Of a stretch of 64,000 bases of DNA, positions 1 through 12,904 are shown piece after piece. Location of the stretch: contig NC_081391.1 of NCBI RefSeq assembly GCF_030684315.1, forward strand, positions 1,612,001 to 1,676,000. The letters run 5' to 3'. The stretch is from Stegostoma tigrinum (lineage: Eukaryota). Positions within the stretch are counted from its first letter, which is position 1; each line of letters opens with the position of its first letter. The position numbers were made by a program, and so were the translations under genes. Under the pieces are notes generated by a model. The model had not been told where the DNA came from. It saw nothing but the letters and a program-made list of their open reading frames with translations, and made no database searches.

Positions 1-1900
1 GATTCTGGTACTATACCTGAAAGTGTTTAGCAGGATGAGGGGGCGGGGGCGGGGGGGGGGGGGGGGGGGGGGAACCTAATTGAAACTTACAGAATACTGA
101 ATAGCCTGAACAAAAGTGAATGTTGGGAAGATCCTTCCATTGTTAGAGACTAGGACCTGAGGGTAAAGCCTTAAAGGGATGACCTTTTTGATTGGAGATA
201 AGGAGAAACTTCAAGTGGTGAATCTATGGAATTCACTGCCACAGAATGCTGTGGATTCCAGGCCATCGAGCATATTTAAGATCTGTTCTTGATTGTCAAG
301 GGTCTCAAGGGTTACCAGGAGAATGGGGTTGAGGAACTTATCAACAGTGATTGAATGACTGAACAGACTTGATGGGCCGAATAGCCTAATTTCTGATCCT
401 AGTGGAGTATAGAATGTACAAGAGGGAGATTAGGAGAGCAAAAATGGTGCATGAAAAGGTATATTGGCAGGTAGCATAAAGGAAAATTAACCTGTTTTAC
501 CAGTACATTTCAGGGTAGAAGAAAGGCCCACAGTGGTAATATGTCTGTGAAGCCAGCAGATATAGGTAGTGTTCTAAATGAATACTTTATGGTAGTGTCC
601 GTCTCATATGAACAATGTGTGACTAGAAATCAGGCATGTGATTTTAATTGAAGAAATTTGCGTAGACCAAGAGAAAGTTCTGAGCAGTCTGGCAGGCCAA
701 AAAGCAGAAGAGTCTTGGACTGGATAAACCTTGGACAGATTGTTGAGTGGAGCAAGGGAGGGAGTAGCAAAGGTGCTTGCAAAGATTTTCAATTCTTGCC
801 TGACCATACGAGAGGTGCTGGCATATAGCCAGTGTGACACCATTATTCGAGAAGGGATCAACCAGGAAACTAGTGGTGGGAAAATTATTAGAAGCATTTC
901 TGAGGGACAGAATTAATTTGCCTTTGGAGAGATAGGATTAATCAAAAACAGCATGGTTTTGTTAAAGGAATTCACTTCTGACCAACATGAATTTTTGAGG
1001 TCACCAGGTGATGACGGCAGTGCTTTTGATGTAATTCACTTGGATTTTAGCAAGGGTCCTGCGTGGGACACTTTAGTGGAGTGGTAAGTAGTGAAGAGGT
1101 AGCCTAGGACTAGAAGGGGCAATACATGGGTTGATCAGTGGCAAGTACAATTGAATTTGTTAAACATGAGATGATGCACTTGGGCAGGATAAACAAAGCA
1201 AGCAATACATTAATGGGAGGACCTTGGGAAGCAGAGGGACAAGGGTGGATAATGTGCTTAAGGCACGGAGTATTTTTGCCTTTATTCGAGGCATAGAATA
1301 TACACACAGACGTGTTATGCTGGAACTTTAGCTGTGACTCTAACCAACACTTTATAATAGAGTGTTGTGTTGTGTGTAATTCTGGAATCCACATTGATGT
1401 CATAGCACTAGTGATTGTGTAAAGGAGACTTACCAGAATGTTCTCTGGGTTAGAGAGTTTGTCATAAGGAGAGATTGGACGGACTGGGATTGTTTTCATT
1501 TGGAGCAGAGGAAATTGAGAGGTAACATGATTGAAATGCAAAATAATTAAGGGCGTAGGGAATGTTTCTTCCTATTTGCCTGACACCGATTTGGGGAATG
1601 AGCAGAAGGTTTGGAGGAGATATGAAGAAGATCTCTTTTTGTCCAGAGGGTGAAACTTTCTGTATGTATGGGTAGTAAAGGCCGAAACCACCTGGTATTT
1701 GAGAGATAAGAGTTTTTAAAAAAGACATGAGGGAGAAAATCTTTTATACTGAGAGTGTAAAAGACAGTTAAGTGCATGAATAATAAAGGTTTGGAGGGAT
1801 ATGGGCCTGGGGGAGGCAGTTAGGACTAATTTAGTTTGGGATTGTGTTCAACATGGACTGAATAGACCAAAGGGTCGGTTTCCATGCTGTGAGACTCTCC
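1..1900 (+). mobile_element. Cluster of decayed CR1-like LINE fragments (RT region and 3' ends)
   Basis: cttggattttagcaagg (LDFSK), gatgcacttgggcagg (MHLGR) and ctatggaattcactgccacagaatgctgtgga (WNSLP) motifs, with many stops and frameshifts. Confidence 0.75.
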
Positions 1901-3971
1901 CCTGTTATGTAAATATTCAGATGTGTGTTTGTGATGTCAAACCATGAAAGGCTATGGGCCAATAGAATTGGAATAGTCAGGTGCTGTTGATCTGATTCTG
2001 ACTGTAGGAGCAATCATCACACTAAACTTGATGCTGAGCTGCAGAAGTGACTTTTGGGGCAAGTGTCCAAAAACATGGTCTAAGCGGTAGGTTTTGATTA
2101 TCTGAATGCCTTCAAAAAGGGAATAGTAAAGCAAAAACATATTTTATGGAGGAAATTTTGCATAAAAATTAAGTTGAATGAGAGAAGCAAAAAGTGACAA
2201 ATAGAAATACCCAAAAAGTCAGTTACAATGGTGAGCCTCTGAAATTAGAGTTCAAGCAGTGTTACAAGCATGGTGTTCGCAGAATTGACCACTTTTTAGA
2301 TTTTCTTGTTTCAAAGCTGAATAGGCAAAGGGATGTTAGCCTCTAGTTCGGGAATTGATGATCATCAATTTAAAATGCCTACAAAGTGAGGAGAGATTGG
2401 AGAAGTTTGGTTTTGTTGGACCGCAGTGACTGAGGCAGTGTCTTTTTTACTTTTGAGAAAAGTAGGTAAGTATTGAAGAGTGGAATGTGAAAGGCAGTTG
2501 AGAGAGAATGAGTGAGCAAGGGAAAAACTGAGCTGTGGGAGCTGTGTAAAATATGACCAGAACGGGCTTTGCCAGATGTCTTCATGTCAGCAGGAGTATG
2601 AAGCCCAAATGACCTCTGAGTCTGTATTAATGGCAGGATGATCTTGAAGAAGGAGAGCGTGCATAAGACCTAATAGCAGTAGAAGACTGTTCAGCTCATT
2701 GAGTGTGCTGTACTCTTGGCTGACCTGGTTGTCCTCCACTCCGTATTTCTGCCTTATCGCTGTAACCTTTGATTGTCTTACTTATTTAGTGTTTATCTGT
2801 CTCCATGTTGAATGTATGTAATGACCTAGCTTCAAAAGCTGTCTGGTTAAAAGATTCACTGAGGAGGAAAAAACTCCTATTTTGAGACGTGGTTCTACAG
2901 TCCTAGTCATGCTCTCTTTCACGCACTCTCCATAACCAGCATCAAACTAGTGAACTTTCTCTGGACTGCCGCCAAAGATATGGCAACTGAATGTCTATGC
3001 AGTATTCCAGCTCTGGTCTGACTAGTGCCTATAATTTTCTTTTTAACTAGCCCACCTTATTTTTATATTCCCTTTCCTTTGAAATATGAATGATTTATTA
3101 TTGTATCACTATGGGATTCGAAGTGAAAAATGTTTATTGCCACAACCCAGCACAGTATAGTTCATCTGCATCAGCTGGGGTCTCGAACACTGCTCCAGGA
3201 CTTCTGTGAGGCCCCGTCTCTGGGCCTATTGCAGCCAGGAGCCCCCAGTCTGGTCACCAACACAGCTGCAGTTGATTCGCTGCCACTGTTCCTGGAGTCC
3301 ATGCATCAGGCCTATAAGCTGGGAGCCACCAACGCCGCTCCAGCTAACAAAAGCCACCATTCCATTTGTCTTCCCTTCCCTTCTCTCTGCAGGCCTTGAA
3401 TGTTAGTTTTTTTTTCATGATTTTATCCGCAAGGCCTCCAATCCCTCATTTTTGCAATTGCTTCTTGATGGTCTTTATCCATTTAAATAATATTCAGCTC
3501 GTCTATTTAAATCTGTGAAAGTGAAGACATTAGTGATGCGTAAGGACAAAGTCATGGAGATACTTGAACGCTGAGAATTTTTGAAATTTAAAACTGATAA
3601 GAGCCAGAGTTGGTTAGTGAACACGAAGTGGGTTATGGAGGACTGGATATGGGGTTTTAATGAGTTCAAACTTAGAGGAAAGAAAAAGATTGAAGTGAGA
3701 GAGATGTTAGTATTTCTTTTGGTTACATGGGCCTGGTATAACTCTGTAGGAGGGATGGTGGTGGTGTCACTGGATAAGAAATCCTGAGGTCCAGGTTCAT
3801 GCTGTCTCTCTTGTGTGCACTCACTGATGATGTGTGTTCAAGTCTTAGAACAGCGACCATGGAATTTAAATTCAATTAATAATAAAATCTGGAATAAAGG
3901 TCTAGAATCAGTGGTAGTGACCATGGCATCTGTCATTGTTGTAAAATTCTATTTGAGTCACTATTACGGAA

Positions 3972-4292
3972 GAGGCGATGACCTAGTGGTATAATCGCTG
4001 GACTGTTAATCTAGAGACCCGATAATGTTCTGGGAATGTGGGTTCAAATCCTGCCACGGCAGATGGAATTTAAATTCAATAAATATTTGGAATTAAGAAT
4101 CTAATGATAACTGTGATACATTACTGATTGTCGGGGAAAACCCATCTGGTTCACTTTAGGGAAGGAAACTGCCATCCTTACCTGAGCTGGCCTATGTGTG
4201 ATTCCAGACCCGCAGCAGTATGGTTGACAGTTGGGGATGGGCAATAAATGCTGCCTGACCAGTAATGCCACAATTCTGCAAATAGGGAAAAA
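3972..4292 (+). mobile_element. Second tRNA-derived SINE family, nested in an older copy of the same family (about 3750-4370)
   Basis: Head gacctagtggtataatcgctggactgttaatc..ggttcaaatcc. Tail gggatgggcaataaatgctg is shared with the LINE copies at 40877 and 47270. The motif atggaatttaaattcaat occurs in both nested copies. Confidence 0.7.
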
Positions 4293-6126
4293 AACATTCC
4301 CTTTTGGGCAAGGAAACTACCTTCTTCACCCAGCCTGTCTTTTATGTAACACCACACCTACAGTGATGATCTGAAAATCCTCTTTTTTTTTCTTCTTTCC
4401 TCCTCACGACCCTTGACTTCATTACAGATTTTTGAAAATCAGTAATCTATCACTCTGGAATGTACCTGACCTAGACTTTGCAGCCTGTTTCAGTCAGTCA
4501 TATGGTAGTACACAACTGAAGAGGCCCTTCTGCCCCATCCAGTCTGCACCAATCTATCTGTACACATCCCACTCTACAGCACTTGGCCTGAGGCCCTGAA
4601 TGTTACAACATCTTCAAGTGCTTATCTATGAAACATTTTAAAGGTTAAGGTTTTCTACTTCCCCATGCAGTGTATTACAGATTCCAACTACCCTCTTGGT
4701 GGAGATAAAATGCTTTCCTCAAATCCTCTAAACCTCTGCCTTTCACCTTTTAAAATTATGCCCCTCTGTTACTGACACTTTAGCTAAGGGGGCCAGCTAC
4801 TTCCTATCCAACCTGTCCATACCCCTCAAATCTTAAAGCTTTTTAGGTTTCTCCCTCCACCTTCTGTGCTCCAAACAAAACCACCCAAGCTTACCCAGCC
4901 TGAGTCTCCCTGGGATGCCCTTAGGAGGGTTGGTTGTGGACTTGTTGGACCAAGTGGCCTGTTTCTGCACTAGGGGTTCTATTTAAAAAAAAAATTGTAT
5001 CTTTTAATAAGGTCACTAATCATTCTTCTAAACTGCAATGAGTACAGGCCCAACCTTTAAATCTTTCCTCCTGAGACAGTCCCTCCGTACCCAGGAGCAG
5101 CCTAGTGAATCTTTTCCAGACTGCCCCCAATACCTGTGTTGTGCTTTTCCTTGATTTGAAGACATGATCTGTTCATAGTATTCTAGCTCTGGTCTAACTA
5201 CTGCATTGTATACACAACTTCCCTACTTTTACAATCCATTCCCTTTATTTCAAAGGTAACCATTCCATTTGCTTTCCTTATTATTGACTGAACTTGAATG
5301 TATACTCTTTCTAATTCATGAATAAGAACTCTCCGATCCTTCTCTGTAGTTTTTTTTGTGTGTGGTCTTTCTCTATTTGAATAAAGATTCAGGTCCACTA
5401 TTCTTGCCAAGGTGCATAACCTCACATTTTCCCACATTATATTCAATTTGCTGAGATTTTGCTCTTTTTCTAATCTTCTATATCACTGTGTAATCTGTCA
5501 TCCTCACAGTTGCCTTCCCATCCATTTTTGTCATCAACAAACTTGGCAAGAGTGCATTCACTTCTCTCAACTAAGTCCTAAATATATATTGTCAATAATT
5601 GTGACCTGAACACTGATCCACGCGGCACTCCACTCTTCATTATAGGTTGTAATTCTGAAAATGCCCTAATCTGTCTCCTATTTAACCAATTCCCCTCCAT
5701 GCTAATTAGCTACCTCCAACACTGAGCTCTTGCCTTAAGTAATTGATGGTACCATGTCAAATACCACCCCCCCCCCCCACCCCCCGGAAAGTCCAAATAC
5801 ATTGTATCTACTGCTTCCATTTTACTTATCCTGCTTGTTATTTACTAGAGAATTTTTCTTGGAACTGTCAGACATCACTTCCTCTTCTTGAAGCTCCAAC
5901 TGCTTAATCAGTTGATTTTTGATTCAGTGTAAGGTTGATGTGCAAGGTTCTGTATTCATTGACGAATCATCAATGATATTGTATTTAAGACAGTAAAATT
6001 CTGTCGTTTATGACTCATTAGAAAACTATGGAGCTGGCCCTCTTGTGGTGCAGTGGGAGTGTCCTTGCTACTGATCAAGAAGCCTGACCTCCAGTCCCAT
6101 CTGCTCCAGAAGTATGTAATAACATC

Positions 6127-6420
6127 TAGATTAGATTCCCTACAGTGTGGCCCAACAAGTCCACACCACCCCTTGAAGCACTCCACCCAGACCCATCCCC
6201 CTATAACCCACACACTCCTGAATACTACGGGCAATTTAGCACGGCTGATCCACCTAGCCAGCGCATCTTTGGACTGTGGGAGGAAGCCGGAGCACCCGGA
6301 GGAAACCATACAGACACAGGGAGAATGTGCAACTCCACACACGGTCGCCCGAGGCTGGAATCAAACCCGGGTCCCTGGTGCTGTGAGGCTGCAGTGCTAA
6401 CCACTGAGCCACCGTGCTGC
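6127..6420 (-). mobile_element. tRNA-derived SINE (HE1-like), full length
   Basis: Reverse complement reads gcagcacggtggctcagtggttagcactgc (A box), gggtttgattcc (B box), central tgtgtggagttgcacattctccc and an (aatct)n tail. Confidence 0.85.
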
Positions 6421-8245
6421 TCTGAACAGATTGGCTGGAAAAATAGGAAACAATGGGGCAGTCACTCCATTCCTGTGAGCAATCTGTCTCTAAGAGCTGG
6501 TTTAATAAGGGGCTGTTGGTAGGAACTTTTTTCTGGTGAAAGAATTGCTAGCAATGACACCAAAGAATGTTTTAAGTGTAGATGTAATTTCAGCAGGTGT
6601 GCCTATCTGAGTACTTGTATTGGGTGTGGCTTTCTAGGTGACTCCTTTTTTGTGGACAGTCTGCTTTGATAGTGTCCTTGATAAGCAACCTGTTAAGAAT
6701 TGGTCTTAATCTACAGCTTACTCTGCAATCTTATTGTAGGCTGTTAATATGTCGGAAATCTGAAATCCATGCTGGATTTGGTTCAGGAAACTTGACATTG
6801 TGGAGAATCTGATCAAAGCTGAATGCTATGTGTATCTGTTATCACATTGTTCTACACTGTAAGGATGCAATTTCTGATTGGGCAGCTGGTTGTGAATCAC
6901 CTGCAATTGGAATAGAGCCTGAAGTCTGAGAGGTGTGCGTGAGATAGACGGATATGTGGAAATGTTAGCTAATTGGAATTTAGGAATTGGAAAGAGTGTT
7001 GTAATGAATGCTGTCGCACCAATAATCTGCACTAATCCATTGATAGTTTATCCTAGTCTGGGTTTCTTCAGTTCCTTTATTGGAGATTTAATGAAATGTT
7101 AGAATATTTTAGGAATTGTGTGTCTCTTTTTGTTTGTATCAGAAAGATGAGATCACTGTTGCAGAACCATTTGTACTGGGGCTTGGCTATATTCAGTCTG
7201 GACTTCGTCACTCCTGTCTGTGTTAACAATGACGGAAGGTTGGTGATATGATAAATAGTGACACTAAGTGTAAAATGTCAAAGTTGCGAACTTCATTTAA
7301 TGTCAAAACTGTTGCAAATGAAAATCCCTGTTTATAAATGTGTATTTTGGAGCAATTATGATCCGTGTTAACGAACTAGGAAAAGTTGGACTGTAGGGCT
7401 TTAAGTCCATGTACACAGATCATTAAAATGCATTAGTCAGGTACAAAACAACAACTGCATTCCAATGTAATAAGTAGGCGACCAGAATCAAAAGGCAAAG
7501 AATTTCCATAACGAATAACAGGGTCCTGGTTAGTTCACATGGGTCATTATGGGGCAGTAAGTCCTTTTTTATTTTAAACTGATGGGACACTATATGATGT
7601 AAGGATATACCTGAGTGCTCAGACAGATTTTTATAGTTTTCTAGGAAATTGGGTACTCTTTTTCACTTATGATGGAAACAACAATCACCCTCTCAAAGTA
7701 AGAGGCTTATTCAACTATCATTCTGTGGTGAACAGATTTTTTGACAGACACTGCTAGGAAACAGATATATGCTGAGCTTTTTATTAGTTTGTGGCACGAT
7801 AGTGCCATTGACTAAGCCAGCGTTTATTGCCCATCCCTAATAGACCTGATGAAGTCCCTGGTGAGCTGCCGCCTTGAATTCCTGTAGTCCTTGGCAGACC
7901 TATTGTATTGCTCAGGTCAGAGTTCCAGGATTTTGTCCCATCCCGACATCCATGGGAATGACTGTCTCAGGTACCATGCCACTGCCCTTGCTGGGTGTAA
8001 GCACAATGGTACAATTGGGAGTGAGTTGTCCCAGGAGTCCTCAATTGATACAGGACTGTAATGTCTCATGACCTTTTGGATTAAATATCAGCAAGGAAAC
8101 CTGCTGATTATCATCATGCCATCCATCACCAGAACAGCTGAAGGGTCAGAGCTTTAAAAAACACGAAAACTAGAGGCTACAGACTAGATTAGGTGCTTGA
8201 TTAGGTATCAAAACAAAGAAAGGTAAAGAAAAACTGGGTTAACGT

Positions 8246-8468
8246 GATAATAAAATGTGAGGCTGGATGAACACAACAGGCCCAGCAGCATCTCAGGAGC
8301 ACAAAAGCTGACGTTTCGGGCCTAGACCCTTCTTCAGACTCTCTGTTGAAGGGTGTAGGCCCGAAACATCAGCTTTTGTGCTCCTGAGATGCTGCTGGGC
8401 CTGCTGTGTTCATCCAGCCTCACATTTTATTATCTTTGGATTCTCCAGCATCTGCAGTTCCCATTATC
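8246..8468. mobile_element. Short palindromic Penelope-derived element with 13-bp target-site duplication
   Basis: Inverted repeat 8246-8434 centred near 8340. ACTGGGTTAACGT at 8233-8245 and 8469-8481. Sequence matches the 3' end of the 36986-38256 element. Confidence 0.9.
8310..8337 (-). ncRNA. Minimal type I hammerhead ribozyme motif
   Basis: CUGAAGA-A-GGG(ucuagg)CCC-GAAA-C-GUC: intact core boxes and cleavage triplet. Helix I is weak in this copy. Confidence 0.6.
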
Positions 8469-9158
8469 ACTGGGTTAACGTGACCTTTTTTCTAAATGTT
8501 TTACCTTTGTTTTTAATTCAGATTTATTTTAAGAGGCATGTCATTTTAGAGAGCATTTGCAGAGCTCTGAGATGAGGAATCTGGGTGGCTTTGTGCATGA
8601 ATTGCAACAGCAAATATAATAAACAATTGTTAGCTTACCTAATTACTTGTTTTTGTAAGGGCAATTGAATACAATGAAATTGTTTGCTATACAAATGAGA
8701 CTTTACCTGGACTTCCGTGTACAGAATTGGCCAGCTCTTTAATGTGCCAAGGGGTCCCCAATTAATGACTTACATGCCTTTACAAGATTGCATTTGTAAT
8801 TTTAAAGATCTGACAAGTGAATATTTCCTCTAATTACAAATAGATCCTGTGTACTGTCTTGTATTAGTCTAATTTCTATATGAATAGACTTGCAAACCAG
8901 TCTCCAGAACACAACCTATTCAGAATTCTAGCTCTACCTGTAAATACACCGTGAGCAGATCAGAGAAGGTTCACCATACTACTGAGGGTGGATGGGTTGA
9001 CTTTTTGAGGAAAGGTTGGACAGGCTAGGCTCTTACTCCAGTTTTAGAGTAAGAAGCATCTTAATTGAAACATACAAGATCTGGAGGGACCTTAACAAGG
9101 TAGATGTGGAGAAAAATAAACATTTTTGGGTTGGGACCCTTTGGACATGGGTGGGGTT

Positions 9159-9401
9159 GGGCACAGAGAGCTGGGAAATAAATAGGGAGAGGAGTGGTGG
9201 AGCTGGGGAAGGTAGGTGGGATGGCAATTGGTGAGTGCAGGTAGGGAGTGGTGGACGGCTTCCCTCTCTCTTATCTGCCCCTGCCCCCTCACTGACCAAT
9301 TCCCCACCACTCCCTACCTGCACTCGCCAATCGCCATCCCACTTACCTTCCCCAGCTCCACCACTGCTCCTCTCCCTATTTATTTCCCAGCTCTCTGCCC
9401 G
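9159..9401. mobile_element. Penelope-derived inverted repeat adjoining the assembly gap
   Basis: Arms about 9159-9255 and 9305-9401 are reverse complements; the ORF track shows mirrored MQVGSGG peptides on both strands. A hammerhead remnant follows the gap. Confidence 0.75.
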
Positions 9402-9409
9402 TGCCAGTG

Positions 9410-9571
9410 NNNNNNNNNNNNNNNNNNNNNNNNNNNNNNNNNNNNNNNNNNNNNNNNNNNNNNNNNNNNNNNNNNNNNNNNNNNNNNNNNNNNNNNNNNN
9501 NNNNNNNNNNNNNNNNNNNNNNNNNNNNNNNNNNNNNNNNNNNNNNNNNNNNNNNNNNNNNNNNNNNNNNN
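9410..9571. other. Assembly gap (162 N)
   Basis: Run of n characters. Confidence 1.
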
Positions 9572-10519
9572 AGAAGTGTCCTGACCTGAAACATCAACAT
9601 TCCTGCTTCCCAGAAAAGGAGAAGATGTTTCCTCTTGTGCGAGTATGTAGAATGAGAGGCCACTATTTTAAAAACAAGGTGCTGTCCCTCTCTAAAACAA
9701 GTGAAACCATTTTTTTTCCCCTCAGGTGGTCATGAGTCTTTGGATCAATGCTTCTAACATCTTGAGGAAGAAAGTCTGAATCTTTTTGAGAGTTAGACTT
9801 TTGAATGGCAAGAGGTTTTTTGGGGGCTAGGTGGAAATGTGGAGTAATCAGGTCAGCTGTGATCTTTATTGGGGAGATAGGCTTGTTGGACTAATGATCC
9901 CACTCATCTCCTCACTTGTATATTTTCAATTGAAGCTTGAACTCCACATTATCACTGTTAATTTTCAGTGCTATTTTGGCAGTAATCAACCTTCACTAAA
10001 AGACTGCTTAGACTTTAAAGACTTGAATTTAGCATTCTGTCCAATTTTCAGTTCTTACCTATCAAGTAAATACAGTAACTTGGCAGCATTTAACATAGGG
10101 CATTAGCTAACAAGGAATTTGGAAAGAAGTACATGTGATGTTCATGAGACACCGTTTGTAGCTATTGGAAGGACCTGCAGTGATGAACAGTGAGAAGAAG
10201 CTGCACAAGTAGAAACTTTTTGGAATAGAAAGCTCTAGGAGTTATCTACAGTGCAGTGTGGGGAAAAGAAGGAAAGTAATAACTGCTGAAACCAAGTAAC
10301 AGAAACATTGAGGTTGTAATGGGTGATTCAGCACAAACTGATAGAACAGTTTGGGTTGTAAGACAGCCACTGCTGACATTTGGAACGACTTCCTTCAGCT
10401 CTGCCCCAGAAAGTGGCGTTCACACCTGTTGTTTTACAGCTATTAAAGCAGCAGTGGGAAGAGCTGGCTCATTGAGCCAGAGATGGAAAGAACTGTTGAT
10501 GCTGGAGCCAGTAAGTTTG

Positions 10520-10668
10520 GAGCTGGAGGAACACGCCAGGCCAGGCAGCATAAGAGGTGCAGGTAAGTTGATGTTTCGGGTTGAGACCCTTCTTCAGAAA
10601 TGAACCCGAAACATCAACTTCCCTGCTCCTCTGCTGCCTGGCCTGGCCTGCTGTGTTCCTCCAGCTCC
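10520..10668. mobile_element. Palindromic Penelope-derived short element
   Basis: ggagctggaggaacac...gtttcgggtt and aacccgaaac...gtgttcctccagctcc form inverted arms. Confidence 0.8.
10570..10597 (-). ncRNA. Minimal hammerhead ribozyme motif
   Basis: CUGAAGA-A-GGG(ucucaa)CCC-GAAA-C-AUC within the palindromic element at 10520-10668. Confidence 0.5.
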
Positions 10669-11097
10669 ACATTGCTGGCTTATCTGATAAGCCAATGTTT
10701 TAGAACTGTTTTTGTTAGGGATCTCACAAAGTAGGTAGAATGTCTTTTAATATTTAAACCCATGAATATTATTTAAATTGGGATACTACCCTTGTTGGAG
10801 AACCCTTTTTTCCTTTTCTTTGCCCTTTTGGTCTGCCCTTTTCGTCAGCCCTTTTACAGAGTAACTGCTGGTTTAATCTTTTAGGGCTAGTTACCTTCTG
10901 ACTGTGCTTTTTAATCTGCTCACTTTTTTTTGGAAAGCTAGTTTTGCTAAGAGAAGATTTTTGTTGTTTGAAGATAGAATGAGCGAAAGATTCTGAAACT
11001 CTTTCAAAGTGGTGAGTCTTTAACTGAATGCTGTTCAGAATCGTACTTAGAGGCAGTGGTACAGTCCTTGCCTGAGAGGGAAATTGACTTTGCAAAC

Positions 11098-12137
11098 CTT
11101 GACGTGCTGGATAGCCTGCTTCCATACTGCAGAGATCCTGTAATTCTAGTTCTAGCTGAAACTTTGGGTCTTCTGAAAGATCTGAGTGGATGAAATTTAT
11201 AATTTTTCCTTCTCACACAGCTGAGTTACCCATACATAGGGTGACATGGGGGATAGGTCCCCTACCTCTGGGAAGAATTGGTTCTAAAGTTTGCAAGCTG
11301 TGATTTTTGTATTTGTTAAATGTTAATGCCCCTATGATATTTTGCTTCCCTTGAGTTACTTGCTGTAGTACTATGGAAGTGAACTTCAACACTTAAAAGG
11401 TCCTTACCAAACTTGTAGTGTTGGCAACTTTAGCGGGACTGGAGTCATATAGAGCTAGGAGTCAAGTTTGCACCAGTGTCAAGAAGCTGAGACAGGACAT
11501 GTTGGGGAGTTACAGACAGGCTGGGCGTTGAGGAGCAATATCTCCTAATTTTGAAGGGGACTTATTTGTTTTGAGATTCAATCAATCACCAGATTAACTG
11601 AAATCCTACCTATTGTCAGGTTTTGTTACCCTTCAAGAATCCCTGCATTTGCAGACACTTCTGTCTGTTGAACACTGCTCTAACATGTAGGTATCAGGTA
11701 TTCAACAAAATATATTGGCTTGGTTTCTTGATCAGCACAATTGCAGGTTTATCATCAAAATAAACTTGTTTAATGAATAAGCAATGTTTGGTTTACATAT
11801 AGCCAATAATATGGAATTATAAATGCTTATCCCTCCAAATATCCACAAACCATACATGCAAACAAATATTTCCACTCTGATTTATCTGCAAAGAGTAGCT
11901 AAAGATTTTTTTGTCAGAAAGCCAGCAGGTTATTCTTGAAGGTGAAAAATAAAATGTAGAATATTCTGCAGTCTGTCACTAATCACGTAATGGTCTCCGG
12001 AGTCTTTGCAGATGCAGCTTGCTCAGGAAGAATTATAAATTTCTTCCACTCGGATCTTTCAGATGACCAAAAGTTTCAGCTAGAACTAGAATTACAGAAT
12101 CTCTGCAGTATGGAAGCAGGCTATCCAGCACATCAAG
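11098..12137. repeat. 113-bp inverted duplication with 814-bp spacer
   Basis: 11098-11210 is the reverse complement of 12025-12137, with 7 mismatches by manual alignment. Confidence 0.9.
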
Positions 12138-12424
12138 TCCACACCAAACCTCCAAAGAGCATCTCACCCAGACTCTTCTTGAAGTCTTACATTTCCCATG
12201 GCTAATCTACCTATCCTACACATCCCTGGACACATTGGGAAATTGAGTGCAGCCAATCCACCTAGCCCTCACCACCTTGGATGGTGGGAGGAAACCAGAG
12301 CACCCAAAGAAAACCCATGCAGACACGGAGAATGTGCAAACTCTATGTACAGTTGCCTGAGAATAACTTCAAATCCAAGTCCTTGGTGCTGTGAAGCAGC
12401 AGTGTTAACCACTGAGCTGCCACC
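12085..12424 (-). mobile_element. tRNA-derived SINE (HE1-like)
   Basis: Same head and core as the 6127 copy, more diverged. Confidence 0.8.
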
Positions 12425-12904
12425 GGACTGCCCTGTAAATTCTAGGGGTTGCTTTTTGAAAACGAGATCAACTGGGCTGCCTTTCATGGCTGCCTTCTTG
12501 ACTCCAAATGATCCCTAGATGCCAAAACACACTCCAACTAGTCTCTATTCAAATAGTCCCAGCAGGGGCCCACAGCAAAGCAAGCAGTTTTCAATAGTCC
12601 CATTATTTATAAGAAGCCTTGTTTTTATCAAATCTTTCCACTGCCCTTTTCAACTTTTTTTAAGAAACATTCTGCTAATTTGAGAACTTAAATTTTACAA
12701 TGCTTCAAAATTTAAAATCCTTCATTTGAAATATTGAATGTGACACATCTTCATAATGCGTGTGTGTGGGTTTTTTGTGTAGGACTGCCAGATCCAGGGA
12801 GGCCTGACCACCAGGTTTTTTCCACTGGAAATCTCCCTGCTCATCAATGTCCCCAACCCACCCAAGGATCTCACTGTTTCTCATTTTAATGCCCGCTACC
12901 CAGG

